NCBI GenBank assembly: GCA_963422205.2 | Contig: CAXMWX010000005.1 | Span: 672,001 to 736,000 of the forward strand | DNA from: Gammaproteobacteria bacterium | GTDB taxonomy: Bacteria; Pseudomonadota; Gammaproteobacteria; Eutrophobiales; Eutrophobiaceae | Direction of reading: 5' to 3' | Length of the DNA stretch: 64,000 nt | Part shown: one piece after another, positions 58,002 to 64,000 of the stretch | Layout: the number at the start of each line of letters is the position of its first letter | Numbering within the stretch: position 1 is the stretch's first letter | The notes under the pieces: model-generated | Seen by the model: the letters and a program-made list of their open reading frames with translations, nothing else | Databases searched by the model: none | What the model was told of the DNA's origin: nothing | Made by a program: the position numbers and the translations under genes

Positions 58002-58972
58002 CAGAGGCGATGAACATGCGGCCCGCAAAAGAATTTCCTGCAGCCCGCGAACATTTTGGCAAGACCACACTACTCTTGAACTTTCTTTTTCCAACTATCC
58101 TTGCAGTTACTGTAGTAGCTAGTAGGGAATAGGGATTATGTAAGTTTGCAGAAATGAATTGGCGAGCTTGTAAGACCATATACGCAAATTTAACTGCTTT
58201 TTTAAGATACTTGTTATTCTGTTTTTCAATCAATATTCAATTAGCCTTTTCTTTCAATGTCTTCAGCAAACAAACGAAAGATCGTAAAATGGGTTTTTAT
58301 GGTAGGCCTATTGTTTTCGGTTGTTCGTTACTGGTGATCAACATTTTTTCGTTATTAACGGGTCTCATAATAGGTCTATGACTAAAAAATTATGCGGCCC
58401 GCTTACTCATTGGTAAGTGACAAAGTTGCCCGCGGTAGCCAGAGATGGACATTTATCGAGATACAGTAATTTATTGGCGATAGTTATCGGCGATAATTTA
58501 TTACCAATTATCGTTATTGCTCCTAATAATGTGGATTTATCGATTACCGATATCGCTTTTGTAATACATTTTGTCATCACCAATAAATTATCGCGATAAA
58601 TCATCGCCGATAAATGATTCTTTATGTACACATTGTTCAAAGTGGGTGAGTTGGCGCTGTAAATAAAATACACAGTGTCCATAAAGTCTTGTTGCAATTA
58701 AAAAAAATCTCTTTGTTCTATTTAATGCCAGGGCAGAGTTCGTGAACTGCTTTCTTTTCTAAAAAATGTAAAAAAAACCTTACCGCAACGTTTATCGGAA
58801 AAATTTATCGGCGATAATTTATAGATTATCGATATCGCTTTAAGAAATTGAGATTTATCGATTATCAGTATCGCCCAGGGTTTTTTGAAATTATCGATTA
58901 TCGTTATCCATTTAGTACAGAAAGGTTTATCGTGCCCATCACTGGCGGTAGCAAATAGGTTCGTCACCCCTG
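58002..58972. mobile_element. hAT MITE with nested insertion
   Basis: TIR CAGAGGCGATGAAC / GTTCGTCACCCCTG; TSD ACCTAGAG; ATGCGGCCCGC subterminal motifs. Confidence 0.82.
58440..58944. mobile_element. hAT-type MITE with TTATCG repeats; a partial second copy lies at ~46520-46857
   Basis: CAGAGATGGACA / TGCCCATCACTG ends; exact TSD GCGGTAGC; the right half is shared with 46520-46857. Confidence 0.85.
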
Positions 58973-59393
58973 ACCTAGAGTTTCTTAGACCAACTTAAAA
59001 ACGGTACCGGTAGGGTTAAAATGATTTAAATGAACATCGTAGAAGAGTAGTGTAGGGATATTTGTTTACAACCACAACGATTGAAGAGAAAAACAAAGTT
59101 ATTGCAGGCTGACCTAAACCGAATTATTAGAATTAACTGAACTAATTCTAAAATTTTCTTTAATCTAGAGTAGACCCAATTTCCAAAGAATTTATTTTAA
59201 CATTCGATAAAAAGAGCAGTTTTATTTCATATTCGCAAACTTCCGGTAATTTATATCGGCAAACTTCTGTTTTAGCGAGTCTGCGTAAATTTAGTTGATT
59301 ACCAGTACCTCGAAAACAGAACCATCGTTTGTCATTGGTGGTGGGTAAAGTAAATTACTACGATGGTGCTCTTTTATTACTGGATTTGTCATG

Positions 59394-61744
59394 TAGAGGC
59401 GTGCGCAGAATTTTTCAATGGGGGGGTTCACTGACGTCACATCGTGATGACGTAAGGACTCTGCAATTACAGTAGCTCAGAGATATTTAAGTGCATCGGG
59501 TTGTAATGTTTCTAGTCTATTATTGCGCAATTGCAGTAAACCATGCCATAACGAAGCAAGCAACCAAAGATATTTCATTCACACTTTTGCTTGATTCTTT
59601 GCGCTTCGTTTAAAAAGAGAAAAGGTTTCACGGAAATTTAAGCTGTCAAGCTGTGATTAAAAAGTTTTTGTTGACTAGATTAAAAAATTTTACTGAAAAA
59701 ATTTTAGCTGATCCCATTTTTGGGCCATTGGAAGGTTAGCACACGAAAGTAGGCTAGCTTTCACAACGTCACAAACAGGATGCAGCCAGAGGGTAAAACA
59801 GTCAATTGCTTTTGTCACACCTAACGCTTTCACACTTTCACGCCAAACGCTTTCACACTTTAAGTGCAAATCTGGCTTTAATCGGCCACAAAACACTAAC
59901 ACTCTTAAAACAATTCACATTGTAGTTTATACGGTACTAACCAAGTGTACTTTAACATCAGCAGTGACTGCTTTAACAGCTTACATTATACTGAGCTGTT
60001 GTGTGGTTTTATGGCGCTTTATAACTACTAAGGTCCTTTAGCGCCAGGACTAAATTTTGTCCAGAATTCACTGACGTATTTTTAATCTCTGTTCATTTCA
60101 TCCTCCGCGCTACACTTAATTGCTGAGCGTTTAGCAAGTGTAACAGTAGATACCAGTTTTAAAGTCTTTGGTTTGACCCGACTGAGAATAGAACCCAGTC
60201 TACCAGCTTCCCAGGCGAACGCTGGCAAGCACAAAACACTCTGCAAAGCGCAGTTATAGAGTGACGTGCAAACGCATTGTAAATATAGGTCACAGGAAAA
60301 ACAATTTGTGGATTGATGATTAGTTCATTTTGTAGCCCTGAGTTCGATTACACAAGAAACAGTTTATCACAGCTTCCCTTCAAAAAATCTTTTTTGAAAA
60401 ACCAACATTGATACAAACAACGCATATAAACCTTGATATAAACATTTAATATGCACTCATTATGAAGGGGGCAGTTTCTCCCATAACTGTCTGGAAAAGC
60501 GAAGATGGTGGAGCATGAAAAATACAGCCCTCTCTCTCAAAACATTTTTAACTAAAATAAATTACGAGCGCGAGAGGAATCTCTAATCATGCGATTAAAG
60601 TCAAAAACAGCGTCGGTATTATTTAAATATTTTTCACCTAAATCACAGGGTCGATTTTATCATCAGATAATCTCAAAGACATAATCGAGGTGTCTGGGAA
60701 ACGAAGCACTCCAGCTCCTGAGACAGTTACGATGCGTAAAAACAATTTTGCCTACCCCCCCGCCCCCCGTTCCACCACTGAACCTCTTTAAATCTTTCGT
60801 TGGTCTGGTCTTCCTTGGCAGTATTTTTATTTTATTTTTAACACTTAGGGCAGTGCCAATTTAGTGTTATATATTTTAATATTTTTTCGACAAACCGGCC
60901 GGTTATAGCGCAGTGTTAAGGATGTCGCTATCGATGCGGAAGATCTGAGGTTCAATTTCCAGGTCGATCAAATCGGACACGATCAAATCACTGTGTAGCC
61001 AAAGGCTGCGACGTTTCTTTGGAGCTGCGTTGCCCAGGCGTAAAAGCCGCGGGTTCGGACCCCGCCACTTGTTATCCACGGTTAGGTGCTACAGTGGGTT
61101 CAATAAAGCGAGTAGGCCTACAGTGAAGATTTACTTTGATTTAAAAAAAATTTGTGTGCAGCCGCTGGCGACGCTGTGCCGATTTGACCGGCTCGGTAAT
61201 CGAACCCCAGACCTTTCGTACCGATAACCTATGCGCTTAACAACTGAGCTAACGGCCCAGAAACCTAACCCAAAACCTCCCGCGCCGATAGCGATGTGTC
61301 TGACCACTACGCCAACTGGCCGGTTCGGTCAACTCAAAATTATGACTTTGCAAGCGAAACATCTGCCTGCGTTGCAACCATTCTCTTCCAAGAATGCCTT
61401 CTGTGCTGAAACGTTGTCTTGTCCAACCATAGCCGTTGAGAACAATCGCTTTATGACATAACAACGCGACTCCAGCTTTAACAGCGCCCATTGACTTTGT
61501 CTAGGGCCGGCGTGATTTTGAGTTAGTCTTTGGTTCAAGCGCATCGCACCAGAAAAGTTTGACTGCCGGTATTATTGCATCACAATGAAAGTTTTTCAAA
61601 ATTATAATGAGGAAGATGAATAGCACAGAAAAACATGATAGCAATTTCGGCAATCTTTGTATCAAAAGAGGCGGATCGTTTCAAAAAGAGATGTTTTCAT
61701 TTTTTTCCATTCCCCCCCCCCCCCCCCCCGTGCGCACGCCACTG
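59394..61744. mobile_element. Non-autonomous hAT-type element containing several SINEs
   Basis: TAGAGGCGTGCGCA / TGCGCACGCCACTG ends with G/C tracts; TSD TTGTCATG/GTGTCATG. Confidence 0.72.
60894..61325. mobile_element. Cluster of family A SINE copies (one plus-strand copy, two minus-strand head fragments)
   Basis: Body motifs GCGACGTTTCTT.GGAGCTG.GTTGCCCAGGCG and GATTTGACCGG..CGG.AATCGAACC. Confidence 0.75.
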
Positions 61745-63112
61745 GTGTCATGTTACTGTTTCAATATCCAACAATGCTTTACATGCCTTTTGTTTGCAGA
61801 AAACGTGGAAACGTACCTATCTCTGAAAGTGCTCTTTCAAATAATGGCGACTCTTCCTTGTTACCACAGCCGCAAACGAGCGTTCTTAAAGTGCGCTAAA
61901 ATACTTGAAAACGTATCTTCGTTCTACCATGAAGGAAATTGGATCAATTGGACTTGCATTGCTATGTCCACCGTGATATCAGCTTGCATTTGAACAAAGT
62001 ATTTGACGAAATCCCCGCAAAAATCGAAGACTAAATTTTAACTGAATTTTATGTGTAATTTAGTTCCACGCTTTGTAAACAACTTTTCATTTCTGTCCTA
62101 CTTCTGGGCCCCAGAAATTCAGCCCTAAGCCGCTAGTGCCCAGCGGTCAATTTTTTTTTTTAATTTATGTAAAAAGCATCGCCAAGCGGTCACCTTTTCT
62201 AATTAAAATAAGTTCGAAAATGAGTGTTTTTCATGCAAAAAACAGTAAAAATCCGTTGGCGTTTGAGGTTTCGCCCCAGAACCCCCAGTTGTGTCCCCCC
62301 TCTGCCAAATCTAGGGTGCGACACTGGCTACCCTAAATAAGTTTAGGCAGAAAAAAGCTGGCTTTGATGGGTTGAGTGATGAGATTGACCTAGCTGTGTA
62401 GTGCAACACTTTAAAAATGCAGAACAGCTCGTAGGGGTTACGCATTACAGCAGGCCTGGCTGTTGGCTACCGCACACCGGTCGATTTTGTACATTTATAC
62501 AAACCTTAGGCCTGCCTGCAATTATTCATGCTAAACCGCTATGTTTCGGGGTTTGATAAAAAAAAATACTCTCAACAAACAATTTGCATTTTAATTGTTT
62601 GAGCTAAATTGCCAATGCTTTATCGCAGTCTAAAAACAATATAGGTCTAATAAAGCTCTAACAAAAACTTCACAAATGTTTCTACACAGAGCTATACCAT
62701 CAAAAACATCGCAATTAACCACGCAAATAGGCAACACAAAAACTTTTCACGTGTAAAACAAAATAGTGATTTTTGCTCCTTGCAACTAACGATACTCATT
62801 GGAATACTAAATTAAATATATAGCTTATGAAGTATCAACAAAAATAGATCAAAAATTTAAACAGCTTCGAGCGAAATTTGTTTTCATAGCGGTAACTCAA
62901 TTGACTAGGTCTGTGTAGCCAATGTCGCGAAAATTCAATGCTTGTTTAACACTTTAGCCCCTGCATACAAAATAAAATACTTCAAGAAGGGATGTAAACT
63001 TTAGCAATAAAATGTTATTCTATCCGGTATCTTGTAGTAGACGAAATTCTAATCAGAAAAGAAACAGACTTCTGTGTAACTTAAAGCATTATGAAACAAA
63101 TACAAAAAAAAA

Positions 63113-63291
63113 CTACACTTGAATTTCGTTTTCTTCAATTGATTCAACGTCGTTGCGAATTTCGTCCAAGAGCCAATATGTTGTCAGGGTCCCCTTTCCT
63201 TTAATAGGAATTTCTCCCCGTAATTGAAGTTGAAAGTTTTCATAATCATCCAACAGCTCTTTGGTCGATTCCGAAACGTGGATGGACAACG
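63113..63291 (-). CDS. Guanylate cyclase, last coding exon
   Basis: Acceptor TTTTGTAG at 63292-63299; encodes (P)LSIHVSESTKELL...RGEIPIKGKGTLTTYWLL...*; joins the upstream exon in frame (phase 1). Confidence 0.92.
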
Positions 63292-63452
63292 CTACAAAAA
63301 ACATAAAAACAAATCAGTTGACAAAAAAATGAGCAGGCTCTACAGCAAAAAGAGTTGGCACTATTCTTTGATTGGATTGATGGTTTTGTCAGATCGTGTT
63401 TACAATGAAAACAAAAATTTGAAATATCAAGTTTTGTTATTAGTCAACTTAC

Positions 63453-63551
63453 GTAGTCCTGTTGATTCCATCCTGGATGCTGTATTCACGGTATCACCGA
63501 AGAGACAGTATCGAGGCATCTTCAGTCCAACTACACCAGCACAACATGATC
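63453..63551 (-). CDS. Guanylate cyclase catalytic-domain exon (99 bp)
   Basis: AG acceptor at 63553-63552 and GTAAGT donor at 63452-63447; encodes [32 protein letters not shown], the animal guanylate cyclase signature. Confidence 0.95.
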
Positions 63552-64000
63552 CTTGAAAAAATACAACAGCAATGCTTTCATTATAGCCTATAATTTTATC
63601 AATCAAGGTTTTAACTGTGTTTTTTCAGGCGAAATACGAGCACAAATTTGACCTTAGCCATAAAATTAATGTTCTATGTGACGCCAGAACCGAACGAAGT
63701 TTATTTCACGGTACGTTCACGATACGCAATTTAAAATATCAGTGTAGTCTATTCCGCAAAAAAAAACACAAAAACATGCAAGAAAATTTGAGTTAAAATC
63801 GTTTCAAAGATTTTAATGAAATCCTGAATTAGCCGATGTGAAATATTATGGCGGCGACTGAATCCCATGACCAATGCATCACTTTTGTAAAATTCTTTGA
63901 AAAAACGCTGAATTCTTTATGAAAAGTCATAGCTGCTTAATAAACCCAGCGTGGTGGAATGAAACGTTTTATGGTGCATTTAATTTATGACCAATACACT

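Noticed and set aside
36120-64000. Right half as a low-GC prophage or genomic island of the bacterium
   Set aside because: It has no long ORFs, integrase or phage genes. It contains a spliceosomal intron, Pol III SINEs and eukaryotic hAT/Tc1/pogo elements.

Overview
The window is a sharp two-part mosaic. Positions 1-~36,118 are gene-dense, moderate-GC gammaproteobacterial core genome. This half holds the dcw cell-division cluster (mraZ to murC), rnpB, rsmI, lpoA-yraN-gmhA-dolP, petABC-sspAB, degS-hisC, MMPL transporter-mlaC-bolA-murA-hisG-hisD, a DUF4399 protein, purN, pdxB and secF-secD. lpoA, yraN and hisC are frameshifted, and secD is cut off mid-gene at ~36,118. From ~36,120 to the end the DNA is AT-rich animal nuclear sequence. 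It contains deeply nested hAT, pogo and Tc1 DNA-transposon derivatives with readable TIRs and TSDs, two tRNA-derived SINE families, a tandem repeat, and two GT-AG spliced 3' exons of a guanylate cyclase gene. The top finding is the gap-free bacterium/animal junction. It is either a host-symbiont chimeric assembly (which I favour) or a very recent large horizontal insertion. Secondary findings are an MMPL/RND transporter sitting where mlaFED normally precede mlaC, an inverted hisC, a cytochrome b with extra C-terminal hydrophobic segments, a palindromic Tc1 derivative beside its own empty site, and recurrent TA-to-TAGGCCTA/TACAGTA expansions that look like excision footprints. All calls come from reading the sequence by eye; no database searches were run.
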